DNA of 64,000 nucleotides from Amoebidium appalachense (taxonomy: Eukaryota; Protista; Ichthyosporea): contig CAVNZM010000007.1 of NCBI GenBank assembly GCA_963693365.1, positions 10,599,962-10,663,961 on the forward strand, in the 5' to 3' direction. The number at the start of each line of letters is the position of its first letter. Position 1 is the stretch's first letter. The notes beneath the pieces are model-generated. The model was not told the origin of the DNA. It made no database searches and saw only the letters and a program-made list of their open reading frames with translations. The translations under genes were made by a program, and so were the position numbers. Below, in pieces: positions 39,596 through 53,918 of this stretch.

Positions 39596-39711
39596 CTATT
39601 GTGGTTGTTGGTCTGTGACCGACAGAGCAGCCAGCTGGGGGGTGGGGGGGTCATCGTCTGGGTCATCAATGGCACACAGCAGGGGGTCATTCTCATATGT
39701 GGGGAAGTAGT

Positions 39712-39781
<70 letters not shown>

Positions 39782-39806
39782 GCAGAGGGAGGGAGGGGGG
39801 AGGGGT

Positions 39807-39838
<32 letters not shown>

Positions 39839-40212
39839 GGAGGGGTGGTGAGACAGAAGTATTCACCATAGAAAACAAAGACTAATGCCTTGGTGGTGAT
39901 AATTATGTTAGCAACCACACAGCCATACACAAGGCACGTCTGGTGCACGTGCGTGCCACTATTTGCAATGTTTAACCTGATAGCTATCCAGTCATATTAC
40001 TTGCCCAGGCCCAAAGATTATGGAAGCACGCCAGGGGGGAAGACCAAAAAAGCACGTAGTGTGTGTGTGTTCGTTAAACATGCTCTCAGCTACAAGCCAG
40101 TCGTTTCCCGATTAGAAAACAAAATTCCATCATGTGTGTCACTGTAAGGAAGACAAAGACGTCCAGTGCGTGGGGAACAATGTGTGTGCCTGTGGAGGGA
40201 GGTGTGTGTGTG

Positions 40213-40248
<36 letters not shown>

Positions 40249-41274
40249 GGGAGAGGACGTACTCAGGCCTATCCCACAGGTCTGGGGTGTGTGAGGGGTC
40301 CAGGTGACCGTGTGCACGTGCATGGGCCAGCAGGTCACTGAAGGACTCGGTGCACACGTAGCAGCGCCCATGATGCGTCTGCATGGGGGTGTGAATACGG
40401 TGTGAGTGCAATACGGTGTGAGTGTCATGCAATAGGTGTGAGTGCAATACGGTGTGAGTGCAATACGGTGTGAGTGCAATACGGTGTGAGTGCAATACGG
40501 TGTGAGTGCAATACGGTGTGAGTGCAATACGGTGTGAGTGCAATACGGTGTGTGTGCAATACGGTGTGTGTGCAATACGGTGTGAGTGTCATGCAATACG
40601 GTGTGAGTGTCATGCAATACGGTGTGTGTGCAATACGGTGTGTGTGCAATACGGTGTGAGTGTCATGCAATACGGTGTGAGTGCAATACGGTGTGAGTGC
40701 AATACGGTGTGAGTGCAATACGGTGTGAGTGCAATACGGTGTGTGTGCAATACGGTGTGTGTGCAATACGGTGTGTGTGCCAGGCAATATGGTGTGTGTG
40801 CCATGCAATATGGTGTGAGTGTGCTGTGCAACACATCGGTGTGTCTGGCACGGGGTGTGAATGCTGTGCATTAAAATGGTGTCTGTAACAGGTTGAAAGT
40901 GCTATGCAATACGTGTGCCTGCACGGGATGTAAGCGCAATGCAATGTGGTGTGCCTGCACGGGATGAATTATAATTTACATGGTGTGAGTGTCATCCAGA
41001 ACCAAACCGCTGTCCCTTATCCTCGCCTACGCACCCACCAGCCAGCCCCGACTGGTGCCTGAGAACACAGAGAGCATAGCTGCACATGTGCCACAACAAG
41101 AGAGCACCCATATGCACCGTATACTGACCTGTCTTCTGATGTAGTTGAGCAGTTTGATGCACTGGTAGAAGTCCAGCCCTGCACCAAACAGGGAAGTCAG
41201 TTAGCCAAGAAACCAAAAACCATTCAACCCCCCTTCCCCCCCCCCCTCCCCCCTCCCCCCCCTCCCCTCCCCCC

Positions 41275-41305
<31 letters not shown>

Positions 41306-41726
41306 ACACCGCCCCCTCTCCACCACCCCCACCTCCACCCCCATCATCAAAGACACAAACACACACATACACACAATCCACCACCGACACCATAAACCCG
41401 CACAGAGTGCCCTCCCTTTAGGAACCACTCCATCTAAACGGAAAAATACCCACGTATACACTGACAACCACCATCCATCCGAACTCAACATCCAAAGCAT
41501 CAAAATCAACCCTCTGAATGTGACAGGACCTACCTCTTTTCTGCCTGATATCCTCGAAGTCGAAAGCATGCTCCACCTTCATGTGTTCGAATATGGCCTG
41601 GGGCACCCTCTCCACGTGCACACAGAACAGACACACCGTGTCCGCACCCTCCTCCTCCTGCCACTCGTCCCACCCTGGGTCTCTGCACACACACCACTAC
41701 TGTCAGCACCTGTATCTCCCTTTACT

Positions 41727-41758
<32 letters not shown>

Positions 41759-42035
41759 TTCCCCTCGGTTACATGCGTCCCGTTCATCCATTTGCATGCT
41801 TTGATGCAGACCACCAACCACATACGACCCAAGCAGACCAGCACACAAAAAAAAAAACCATCACATACACAAGAGAAAGCAGATCCCCCCCCTCCCCCCC
41901 CCCACCCAGCCCCCCACCCAGCCAATAGGAGCCAAGCACACATACTCGTGGTCGTCGCTGCTGTCCTCCCTGTCATCCTCCTGCTGCAGTGCCTCCCATC
42001 CCTTACCTGGTTCCTGCACGTGCACACATGTCATT

Positions 42036-42116
<81 letters not shown>

Positions 42117-42839
42117 ATTCCCTCCCCGTCCTGTCGGTTTGCACCAATCCTCTCATACCCTACTAATGACATCCATACCACTTACCCTACCCTATCCTAG
42201 AGGCTACCCATGCGAAAATATTCTCTCAAACATCTGCCTATTTGGTTGCTTATTGTGACACAGTATCATCGTGTGTGTTCTTGGAAAGAACAGGTCAATA
42301 ACACAGAAATCTTTCAGTGAGAAGAGAAAGGGAAGCGCGGAGGGTGTGGGAAGACCAGGGGGAGGGGGGGAAATATTGTAAACAATATGAAAGATAAAGA
42401 CACACATGTGTGTGTGTGCCTCTCTCTCTCCCTCGGTCTCTCTCTGTGTGTGTGTGCATGTGTGTGTGTGTGTGCATGTGTGTGTGTGTTTCACATACGA
42501 GGTAGTTTACGAGGTAGAACATGTCGTATGCCTTGTTTCTTGGGTTGATGCGGAGGTGCTTCTTCTTGCGCATGTGTGCCCTCAGCACCTCTCTGCTCTT
42601 GAACGTCTTCTCACAGTACAGGCACTGCAGCCTGCAAACACCATGTCAGTCACCACAAACACGTCAACTCGAACCTGGCATTTTTCTAATGTTTCTATCC
42701 GTGCTTCTTTCACTCTCCGTGATGCTAGCCCTCTCCATGACAATAGCTCAACCCCCTATCGATAATAGAAGCCATATATGGTGTCCTCCGGGGGTCTCCC
42801 CCCCCTCCCTCCCTCGCCCAGGAAAAACTTTTTTCAACA

Positions 42840-42909
<70 letters not shown>

Positions 42910-42913
42910 AACC

Positions 42914-42970
<57 letters not shown>

Positions 42971-44831
42971 ACACCTGTCCAGCTGTGTGGTCAGCATGTC
43001 CAGGAACTTATCCACACACACAATGTTGTCGGGCAGACCAATGCTCAGCCCGTGGGCCTGCAGCATGTGGTTGAGATAGTCCTTCCTGTGTATGCAATCA
43101 GTACATTTCCACCATCCAATCAGTACATGGGCACAGTGCAGTGACGTGTGTATGCGTGTGTGGTTGGGTGGGTGAGGGTGTGTGTGTGCCACGGTGTGCA
43201 CGTGTACGTGTGTGGGTGCATGCATGATTTAATTTGTTGAAAAAGTTAGGACAGATTCCTATCATTGGTCATTTCAACAAATGAGGGAATACCAGCCAAA
43301 GGTACAATGAATGGAAAGTGGAGAAGGAACGGAGAGGGAAAGGAACAACAGAAGAGGGGGGGGGGGGGGGGGGGGGGGAGGGGGGGAGGAAGGGGGGAGG
43401 GAGGGGGGGGGGGGGGGTATAGCAGGGGTGCCGACCTGTTCCCCACGGGGGTGTCCTTGCAGAACAGACACATGCGGCTGTAGGCATGGTTGGCCCTCTC
43501 TGCCTGCTGGTACTCCAGCAGCGCTGCCTGCACCCACACAGGGTTAATGGTGCATGTCAGAGGGTGCCACAGTGCTAGGTCTAAATGCATTCTATAGGCA
43601 GATGGATCATGATGCATTCTGAGAATGTCCAAACTGCGACACTGCAACCGTCCTCACAGCTACTGTTGCTACGGCTGCAGTGTGGTTAGTTGACAGCCGA
43701 TGAAGATCTTCTTGGATATCTGGTGAAGCTATTTAAACGACCATCTCGTTATTTCTGTGGCCATTGTAATAGACATGTTTTACCATAACACAATCTAGAT
43801 AGTATGTGATAAGTATATCGCAATATACTTATTATATACTATTTGATGTTGTCCATTTTACCATAGTGACTTTTGAAATAGTTCATCGTTCGCGGGCCGC
43901 CGAGCGGTGAGCCGCGCGCCGCGACCCTGGTGCGCATTCCGATGCGTCCCCCTCCAATCAAAAGACGATCTGGCCGGAGATATCATATCACAATGTTGTA
44001 TAATTTTTGGCCCCCTCATATGAGCGATATACAAACTTCTATCGACTTTGCATATCTTTTTCGCGAATTTACCAAATCGGGCATCTGTACGATATTTATA
44101 TCATATACTATCTACAATGTGGGATAGTAAAACATGTCTAATATGTATCCATTCTTTACCCTGCCTGATGCTTCAAATCAAATAAAAATATCTTTTTCTT
44201 TCTCTTTATTAAAATACAGGGTAAACGGGTAAACGACATAAACCTCTCCCCCCTCCCTCCCCCTCTCCCTCCCCCCCCCCCCCCCCCCTTTTTTTTTTCC
44301 AGACACATAACTCTTTCCCTAAACATAAGCCACATGAAACAAACAAGCACCAATGCAGGCACGCACCAGGGTGTCCTTTTGCAGCTGGTCTCTCAGCAGC
44401 CTGTCCTCGGCCAGGATTGGCCCCAGCAGGAAATACTCCCCCCCAGGCCCTGCATAGACCAGGCTGAGTGTGGCCCACACCTGACCTCCAATACTTTCCA
44501 CACCGATGCCCATTCCCTCACTCCCAACCCCCCCCCCAAACACCACCACCACTACCAAAACTCGCGCACCCATGCCCCCCCCCCCCCCCTCCCCTCCCCA
44601 CTTTTCTCCGGGGGAAAAAGGAGAAAGGAGGGGAGGGGGGGGGGGGGGGGGGGGATGAAGAAACCTCGTCAGTACTGCTGCACACCTCCATTTCCCCTCT
44701 CGAAGTTGAATAAGAACCCATTCTAAACCAAAACCAAAGGTTGGAAAGAAAACCTCTCTGACGCAACTATTCCTCCCTTGTCTTCTACGTATTTATTGTT
44801 AGGGTGGTCGGCACACAGAGAGCAGCAGCCC

Positions 44832-44868
<37 letters not shown>

Positions 44869-46218
44869 AGTTGTGTTTTCGTGTTTTTAAGCCTTTCAAC
44901 GTCATGTCCCAGGCAATGCTTTACAATGTACCTGTGTACTGGGTCCTGTGCACTGTATTCTGCCATCCCTCCCCTCCGCCCCCTCTCCCTTCTCCCTCTC
45001 CCCCCCCCCTCCCTCTCTCCCCTCCTTCCCCCCCCCAAAAAACCACACACCCACACACGCGCACAGGCACATAAACACACACACACACACACACCATCCT
45101 CACATCCTGGTGGTTGTTAAAGATGCAAGACAAGACACCTACCTCCCGGCTCTGTTGGTGCGGTGGCCACTGTGGTTGCAAAGGTGCAGATATCCTTCCC
45201 TTGTAGCCTCCTTTTCCAGGACGACAGGTAGCTGAGGGAGGGGTGAGAGTCAGTAATGGGCGAATGTTAACAATTTTTATCGTTGAAAATGTGGTTGAGT
45301 CTTTAAGTATTCTAAACTTATTCAGAAAAAGCCAATTCAAGAGCGCGAAAAAAAGGAGCAAAACTTCTGGTCAGAGAGGTCCCAGGAGGGCCGGGGAAGG
45401 TGGAAGTGTGTGCCTGTCCAATGGAAAGGGTGATGATGGTGGTGGTGGGGGGGGGAGGGGGCGGAGGGAGGGGGGCGGGAGAGGTGAGTACTCATGAGGA
45501 GGTGTAATGCAGTAGAGATAGTGCAGCACCCTTGTGTGAGCTTTTGTACAAGCACTTTTGGGTGGTCGAAATGGCCTTCTGTACTGAAAGTGGTTTCCAT
45601 ATGCCCCTTTTATTTGTGTGTGGGGGGGGAGAGGGGGAGGGGGGGGGGGGGGGGGGGGGGGAGGGGAGGGGGATTAGCGAAGGAGAGGGGGGGAAGGGGG
45701 GAGGAAAGGGTGGGGTGTGGGTGGGGGGAGAAGGGGAAGAGGGGGGGGAGGGGGGAGGGGGGGGGGGGGTGAGAGAAAACTGATGTGATGTGTGTGCTAA
45801 TCTGTGTGTGTGTGTATTTCTGTACGTGTGTACATGTGTGTGATTCAGAAGGAGGGCAATAGGCCTCACATCCACTCCCAGGAGCAGGCACGTACGCGTT
45901 TAGAGAGGTGACCTCGTGCACGTCCGCCACAATCACACAGTGCTTTTCTAGCAGATGCACCAGCGTGCCCTGCCGGCCTATAGGCTGCTCATCGCACAGC
46001 GCACAGGGAAACCACTGGCGCAGCACATCTATGTAAGTTTCATACGTGTGTTCTCGTCCTGATGTTGCTTCTGGAAAGGACAGGGGCTCTATGGTCGGGG
46101 CACTGCGCACGGGGGTGCTTGTGCTTGCCGCCCCCTCTGGTAGCCCATTGTGCTCACTCCTGTCGCTACTTCCCCGCCGTGTGTCTGTGTTTGCCATCCT
46201 ACTAACAGGGTTAGGCAT
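39596..46218 (-). CDS. ZNF277: C2H2 zinc-finger protein ZNF277
   Basis: 11 exons: 46218-45896, 45231-45143, 44449-44367, 43527-43436, 43085-42975, 42631-42499, 42013-41946, 41682-41534, 41178-41129, 40378-40263, 39713-39596. Motifs: [82 protein letters not shown]. An alternative start lies at 46197. Confidence 0.93.
40395..40820. repeat. 16-bp minisatellite (GCAATACGGTGTGAGT and variants) in ZNF277 intron 9
   Basis: Roughly 25 head-to-tail units, including GTGT variants and longer variants carrying GTCAT. Confidence 0.9.
43770..44140. mobile_element. MITE with ~50-bp imperfect TIRs in ZNF277 intron 3
   Basis: Left TAGACATGTTTTACCATAACACAATCTAGATAGTATGTGATA; reverse complement of the right end TAGACATGTTTTACTATCCCACATTGTAGATAGTATATGATA. 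The TSD can be read as TA or as AAT. Arms are AT-rich with a CpG-rich core. Confidence 0.85.
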
Positions 46219-46560
46219 TTCCCTTTCTATTTCTCTGGGTGCAACTCTCCTTGAACTGCTAAGGTTCGAATTCGAAGGTGCGCTGAAGTTCGGAAGGGAA
46301 GACAAAAGAGGCCTATCACGAAAATTCGCGCCATAATACCTACAGGGTTTCTAAAGATCGATCGCTCAAGAATTTGTAATCGCAGAAATCTTTTTGGGGC
46401 CAACACAAGAAGGTTTGTTCAGTCACAAGAGGGGTCACAACCAGGTTGCACTTTTTTATGTTGGGTCTTCCTGGGCAAAAAGCCTCTTTATCACGCCTAG
46501 AGATGCCCAGGCTACGCTAGTTTAGTATACGCACACTCCTGTTTGGAGGTGCTCTAGAAA

Positions 46561-46883
46561 ATGTCTGACACCAAGAGGGCGGTATTGATCGTTGATGGGG
46601 CCTACCTGCTCACATCTGGAAAGAACCAGGGTGGGGCCCCACTAGACTACTCCAGTCAGAACATTGAAAACCTGGTTAAGCTTTTGGAAAAGAGTTGTGG
46701 ATTTAGCTTCTCCGATGCGTATTGGTTTGACGCGCTGATTACAGATAATAAGACAAACAAGCAGTTGTACGAGCAGAAACAGCTGACCAGCTCACTGCAA
46801 CTGAACCAGTTCAAGGTGAGTGGATCTTCTTGAACACACAAACGCAGACACACACGCACAAATACACACACACACACACACAC

Positions 46884-46940
<57 letters not shown>

Positions 46941-47187
46941 TTTTCTCGCTCTCTCTCTCTCTCTCTCTCCCCCCCCCCTGGCACGTACTGACGGTGCCTG
47001 GGCTGCTTTGAACTTCACGTTCGCCTCACACCCATTTTTCCTTACACTCTCGCCACCGCGTGCATGCTTTCTCTCGCGGCGGCTCTACGGTCCCGAGAGT
47101 CCAGTGTTCGCTGTGTGTGTAAGGAAAAATACGAGTCACCTCAGTAGGTGACAGCTCTCTCCCCCCCTCTCTCTCTCTCGCTCCTCG

Positions 47188-47260
<73 letters not shown>

Positions 47261-47439
47261 CCCCCCCCCCCCCCCCCCCCCCCTCACTCCCCCCTCTCTC
47301 AGAGGTACTCTGTCTTTATCTCTCTCTCTTTTCTCATCTTTCTCTCTGCCCGTCTCCCTTCACCCCTTCACCCCTCCCCCCTTTGGCTGCCGCGACACAC
47401 ACACACACACACACATACCCACACACACACACACACACA

Positions 47440-47510
<71 letters not shown>

Positions 47511-49167
47511 ACACATACACGCACAAACACAGTCTCTCTCTCTCCCTCTCTTCTTGCTCTTGCACATACACACACACTCTCTCTCTCTCTCCCTCTTTCT
47601 CTCTCTATCTCTGTGTGTGTGTGTGTGTGCGCGCGCGCGCGCGCGCGTGCGCGTGCGTGCTTGTTGTTCTTTTTCTCTCCATCTCTATCCCTCAGCCCCC
47701 CCGTTCTCCCCTCATCTCTATCCCTCAGCCCCCCCGTTCTCCCGTCATCTCTATCCCTCAGCCCCCTCGTTCTCCCCTCATCTATATCCCTCAGCCCCCT
47801 CGTTCTCCTCTCATCTCTATCCCTCAGCCCCCTCGTTCTCCCCCTTCTTTCTTTCTTTCCCTCCTTTCTACCTTAGTCTTCACTCCGCCTCTGATAATTT
47901 TGCCTTGACCTATGTCACAACACTACCAGCAACGCTAACAGCAGCCTTCCTTTTCTCTTGCCGCGCCCCCAATCACTTGGTTTTCTTTTCTTCACAGGTG
48001 CCTTGCTTTTGCATGTCCCGGTGCGTTTATCTATCTGCAAGCTGCTGTGTGCAGCATATTTTATCTCCCTTCACTTGACGTTCTTTTCACGCTCTTGTCG
48101 CTACTTTCTCTTTAACCAGTTTTGCCTAGTTAGAGTGTGGCAAGCAAGTTTGTCTTCCCCCCTCCCCCCCCCACCACCACCACGACCACCACCACCACCA
48201 CTGTAGTGAGGTTGTGTGTTTACTCCTATACCCTGCACATGGCAAGTCTGTTAGTATTGGTTTGCTATGAGCTTGTGTCCCCGGTTGTGGAGACAGTTTG
48301 AATGTGCTCGTAACGTGCCTATTCCTTTTTAGGGGGAAGGCGGAATGTGGTGTGTGGTGCGCTCTAGAGGTGTATTGGTTCTTTTCCGGGGGGCACGGGG
48401 AGGGGGGGGGGGGGGGGGAAGGGAGGGAGGGGGGGGGGGGAGGGGAGGGAGGGGAGGGGGGGGGGGGGCACATGTGGTGCTAAGGCACATTGCCATAGTA
48501 GCTGTTTTTCATGCTGAATGTGTTTGGGTGCAATGCCTCTGTTGGGGAATGGATGTGTTTGTCCATCGTGCGTGTGTCGAGTGGGTGTGTTTCGACTGCA
48601 TGTTTGGGTTGTGGGTGCTTCGTGCGTCGTTATCACCTGTGTGTGTGTGTTGGGCATCCCTTTGTCTTACGTTCACTGCGGTGTCTGTGAGCGCTGGTAG
48701 GCAGGGGGATGAAGGGGGGAAGGGGAGGGGAGGGTGGAGGGGAGGGGGGGGAAGGCAAAAGGCTATGTTTGGAGTGTGTTATGGCACGAGACGGTGCTTC
48801 ATATTGCAAGAGGTTAGTGCTGACAGGGCTTGAAATTGCAGGTGATCCACAAGGGCGTCAAGACCAACTACGTGCGCTGTCCCAACCCACAATGCCCCAA
48901 CTCAAAGAACCAAGGTACGGCACTAACTCCTCTGCTGCCAAAAAAAGAAAAAATAAAAAACTAGAAAATGAAAAATTGTGCGCGCACGCCTCCCAGACCC
49001 CCCCCCCCCCCCCCCCCTCCCCTCTTCCCCTGGCACTTCCCTGGGGGGCCACACATGGCTGGGCTGACGGTTGTGATTCAGGGATAGCCAAGACCGTGCA
49101 GGCAGGCGTGGATGTGGCCATAGCTACAAAGATGATGGAGCTGGTGTGCGAAGGTGAGCACTGGTAG

Positions 49168-49240
<73 letters not shown>

Positions 49241-49442
49241 CAGACAGACAGACATACCACACACATGCATGTACATGCCCATGCATACACACTCATGCAA
49301 CACATGCACACGAGACACCAACACTGAGACAGATACACTAAATGCAGGCACACAGACATGTGTTGCCGCACACATGCATTACAAGCACACACGAACACAT
49401 TCTCTCTCTCTCTCTCTCTTACTTCTCTCTCTCTCACACACA

Positions 49443-49473
<31 letters not shown>

Positions 49474-49769
49474 TGTCTGTGGGTGTGGGTGTCTCAATCT
49501 ATCTCTACACTGGCTCAAATGCAGTGCGCACACACACACGCACACACACACAAGCACACACACACAGACAGATACAGACACAAACACGAGCACCTGCACA
49601 GACAAACATCTTCACACACACCGCACACACGCAGACACACACACACACAAAACAATACCGGTAGCAGCAGTTCTCTTTCAAAGGACGTTCGAGACGCAAA
49701 CACCGCACTGTTCTATGTTGAAAGAAGTTTGTATTTGTACCTCTACTCGAGGAGGAGGTGTCCCCGGGA

Positions 49770-49800
<31 letters not shown>

Positions 49801-51135
49801 GGCTGTATTAGTAAGGGAAGGGACGGGGGGGGAGGAGTATTTTGTTTTAAGTTTATAACCGTTTGTGGGGAAGGAGTGTTTGTGTGGGTGTTTGGGGGGA
49901 GGGGGAGATGATGTTTGTTTGCTGACTGTGTGTGTAGGGATGATGGACGTGCTTGTGCTTGTTGCTGGGGACGGAGACTTTCTTGAGGCGCTCAAGTATG
50001 TGGCCGAGAACAGGAGGAAGACAGTCTATCTGGCCGGGTTTGACGGTAAGCGCACAGATAGAGCATGCACACACAGAGCATGCACATAGAACAGACCAAA
50101 CAGGGCATACACATGTGCACAACGCATAAACCACACATAGACAAAGCACAACCACATGTGCAAAGCAGGCACTAACATACACTAAGCATGCATACACATG
50201 CAAGAGCATGCACTCCTACAGAGCATACACACATGTGAATACGCACACACGCATGCACACAGAGCATACACTACACATATATGCTTCCCCACTCTATCTC
50301 ACACTGAAACCCACATCTACAAGTACACAAGCCCACATAGCTCAGACGCCCATGCCACCAACCACATACCACCTGTGCTCGTGTAAAGCTTCACCTGCGC
50401 CACTCAACGCCACAAAGCAGACTGCTTGCGATAGCCATACCCTAAGAGGTCAACCTACCCCCCTCCCCCCCCCTCCCTCCCCTTTCCCCCCTCTCCCTTC
50501 TTGTTCAAACCCCCTACACACACATACACACCCTATCCCCTTCTTTTCCTACTCCCACCACCGCAATAACTAATTGCTATAAATGCACCACAGGGTCCAT
50601 GTCTCAGGTGCTACAGTCCTATGCCAGCAGGGGCTGCATCATCCGTCTCAACGACCAGTGGGCCACCCTCGCATACAGAAAGAACACCAGCCCCATCCCC
50701 TCCCCATGCCCCTCTTTCTCAGACCCCCCACCACCTGCACCCTATCTCTCTGCATCTACTGCGGATATGGCATTAGAACCGGCCGTACCCCCGGCTGCCC
50801 CCCCTAGTAGTGAGCCTATGAGACATGGCTTGGTGGGAGTGTGGCTGAAACCGGACGACTTGATTCCTCCAAATGCACTGATGGCACCAAGTCCCAGTGC
50901 TAGTAGTATTGTGATAATGGAGGGAGAGAGGAGAAAGGCGGAGGAGGCACGTGCGGGGGCGAGGGACGAAGGGTTGAAGGGCAGCCAGATACGGGCTTTG
51001 GTGGGTGGCACCCTTGTCTCCCCTTTCAGTGTCCACGTGTACACACATGCACACATGCAGACTCACACACACATACATGCACGCACGCGCACACACGCAC
51101 ACACACACACGCACGCGCGCACATACACACACACG

Positions 51136-51206
<71 letters not shown>

Positions 51207-51686
51207 GCGTTCTCTCTCCCCCCCCCCCCCCCCCCCCTCCCCACCTCACTGGCTCACATCCTCGCTCCTCCTCCTCCCCCTCCCCCCCCCCCCCCCCCCC
51301 TTTCCCCTCCTCTCCCTTTCTCTCTCTCCCTCTCTTCCCTTCAGCTGTTCATCTGGCCACTCAAACCAACCTACATAGCCCCCGTCCCTATTTTCTTCCC
51401 CGGATCCCACGCTGCCCTTCCCGTTTCCAACCACACACACGAAAACACAGAGCTATTACACGAGTGCGCACACAAATACACACACACACCAGGAAGAAAA
51501 AGACAAGAAAGGGAGGAGTACTGGAGATAACAGAGAGAGGCACAGAGGTTTCAGGACCCACGAGACAAAAAAAGATGAAAGAAAATGCACGTGCACGCAT
51601 GAACAAACACAGCACCTGTATTGCAGGAGCGCAATCCAGCGTTAGTGGGCTTGTGCAAGCCACAACTATTTCTGCCATATCCCAGC

Positions 51687-51733
<47 letters not shown>

Positions 51734-53071
51734 AGAAATCTGTTGCTAGTGTAGACCCCATCTTCCCTGCCTTCCCCCCCCCCCCCCCCCCCCCACACAT
51801 ACACACACACACCACCACCACCACCACCACCACCACCACCGCAACCAGCAGCATCCTGACCACCGCCCTGACACCCCCCTCACAGCTCAACAGGCCCAAC
51901 AGCAATGACCCGCCCAGCCCCCCCTGTCAGCCAAGCAGACACACAGTGGGGATGATGCTCTTCGGCTGCAGTGGACCGGCTCTGAGGGCACATTGGACAC
52001 AGATGAGGCCCAGAGGAGACTGCTGGGCACCTTGGATCTACTGCTCATGGGGGGTAGCCCCTCGACCCAGAAAAAACCTGCCCTGCTGCCCCACCCCAAC
52101 ACACAGAGGCCCCCTGCTGCAAGCATGCATAACGACATGCGCCCGGCAAACGTGAATATACCCAATGGCCCGGCAAGCCCACGCCGGTTAAGCGATCACA
52201 ACCCTCCAGCCCGACTCGACCCATCATCATCGCAGCCACGCAACATGGACGACTATAGAGGGCAGTTTGGCCTACAGGCCGGCCCGGTCCACAGCCAACC
52301 TTTGCCAGGCAGACCCCAACCCGACCCCGCCCGAACTGCCAATGTGAACCGAGACTATTTTCAGCGCTACCCATCAGATTCACACCGTGGCCCCGCCCCA
52401 AGCGGTGGTCCCTCTCGACCCATTCAGGACCGATCCCTGCCCGATCTTGCTCGACCTGACCCGACCCGAGTGCCCGAACACAACAGGGACTACCAGCGCT
52501 ACCTACTGGACCCACCAAACCGTGGCCCGGCCCCAAGCAGTGGCCCCCCAACCTCACTGCCTAGCAGAACACTGCCCGGCTCTACCCTTATGTCGCTACC
52601 TTACCGACACCTACCGGACCGGACGCTACCTGACCCGACCCGAATGGCCAGCACTAGCAGGGACTACGGCAACCAGCGCTACCCTCCAGACGCAAGCAGG
52701 GGCCTAGCTCCTAGCGGTGGTCCCCCCTCATCCTCCACCCGACCACACATGGGTACAGGCTCGCAGCCACACATGGGCACACCAGCCCCCCCACCCAAGA
52801 AGTTCTTCGTTGCACCTCCCCAGGCCCAGCAACCCCCGTCGGCGCAGCCGGCTGTTCTCAAGCTGCCAGCCCCCCCGCGAGCATCCCAATTATGCCCCTG
52901 CCCCAGCAGGCACCTAGGCAGCAGGTGGCTGGGCCGGGCGTAGGGGTGTATTTGCTGCAGAATCGAGGAACAGAGCAGTGGCAGGCCAGTGCTCGAGGTA
53001 GGCCCAGGAGTGAGCTGCCCCCAAGACTCAAGTACAAGGGGTCGGACCATGCTAAGCCAACCGTCGACTGA
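46561..53071 (+). CDS. NYN (LabA/DUF88, PIN-like fold) domain putative ribonuclease with a long Pro/Arg-rich disordered tail
   Basis: Exons 46561-46815, 48842-48914, 49082-49153, 49938-50045, 50594-51000 and ~51918-end. Acidic motifs [17 protein letters not shown] and LVAGDGDF are intact. The stop is at 52943 as read, or at 53071 if one C is missing in the run at 52870-52876. The last acceptor is uncertain. Confidence 0.85.
47680..47840. repeat. 33-bp minisatellite, ~5 copies, in NYN gene intron 1
   Basis: An ATCTCTATCCCTCAGCCCCC(C/T)CGTTCTCCCCTC-like unit repeated head to tail. Confidence 0.85.
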
Positions 53072-53454
53072 TATAAGCACGTATGGGTGGGTGGGTGAGA
53101 TAGACTACAGGTTGAGTTATATCTCTTTGATCGTATGTAAATGCGAATATATTCCTACTTGTTTAGTTGTTTTATTGGCTGCTGGTTGGTGAGTCTATAA
53201 GGACTCGGTCGAACATACGTGTGAAGGGGCGTGTTTGCTAACAATAAGATTGTTGTAGCTGTTTGAATCTAAGATAATCCTGAATGTGATGTGAATGGGA
53301 TGTGTGTGTACTGTACCAACCTACGTATGGAAATCTGCATTGACTGTTTTTGGGCATGTGTAGTGACATATAAGCACGGCCAAGAGCGGCTATCGTATTG
53401 ACTGGCATGTGAAACTGTCGTATTGTTTACTGCACTTGGTTGCACACACACACA

Positions 53455-53534
<80 letters not shown>

Positions 53535-53883
53535 AGCGAAGATGATAATGGCAAATATAAAATAAGATTTATATAAATGACAATGATGAGTGAACTAAAA
53601 ACAACACTTAAATAAAGGAATAATAAATATATAAATATTTTTGGATCAGGTATCTGCAGCTATCGTGACACGAGATCCAGCATAAAAATTATTGACAGAT
53701 CCCGAGTCCGGTAAAAACTGCGTGTATCAATCCTGTATCATGAACATGGCCATATGATAACTAAGTTGTGCCTCCGTACGCGTCACGAAGCACTTTCTCT
53801 TAATCTAAAATATTTGAGATCAACAGTACTTGTGCTAACAGTTTTCAGCTTCTTTTCCTTCGTCCGTTCTTTTTCTTCTTCTT

Positions 53884-53918
<35 letters not shown>

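Noticed and set aside
46227-46334. Upstream ATG at 46334 as the ZNF277 start
   Set aside because: It is out of frame and stops after 35 codons; at most a uORF.
51906-51908. In-frame TGA upstream of the last NYN exon as readthrough or selenocysteine
   Set aside because: A phase-0 acceptor (CCCAG, 51917) downstream places the TGA in the intron.
53583-53660. Box C motif ATGATGA suggesting a C/D snoRNA
   Set aside because: No downstream CTGA box D or terminal stem; AT-rich intergenic DNA.
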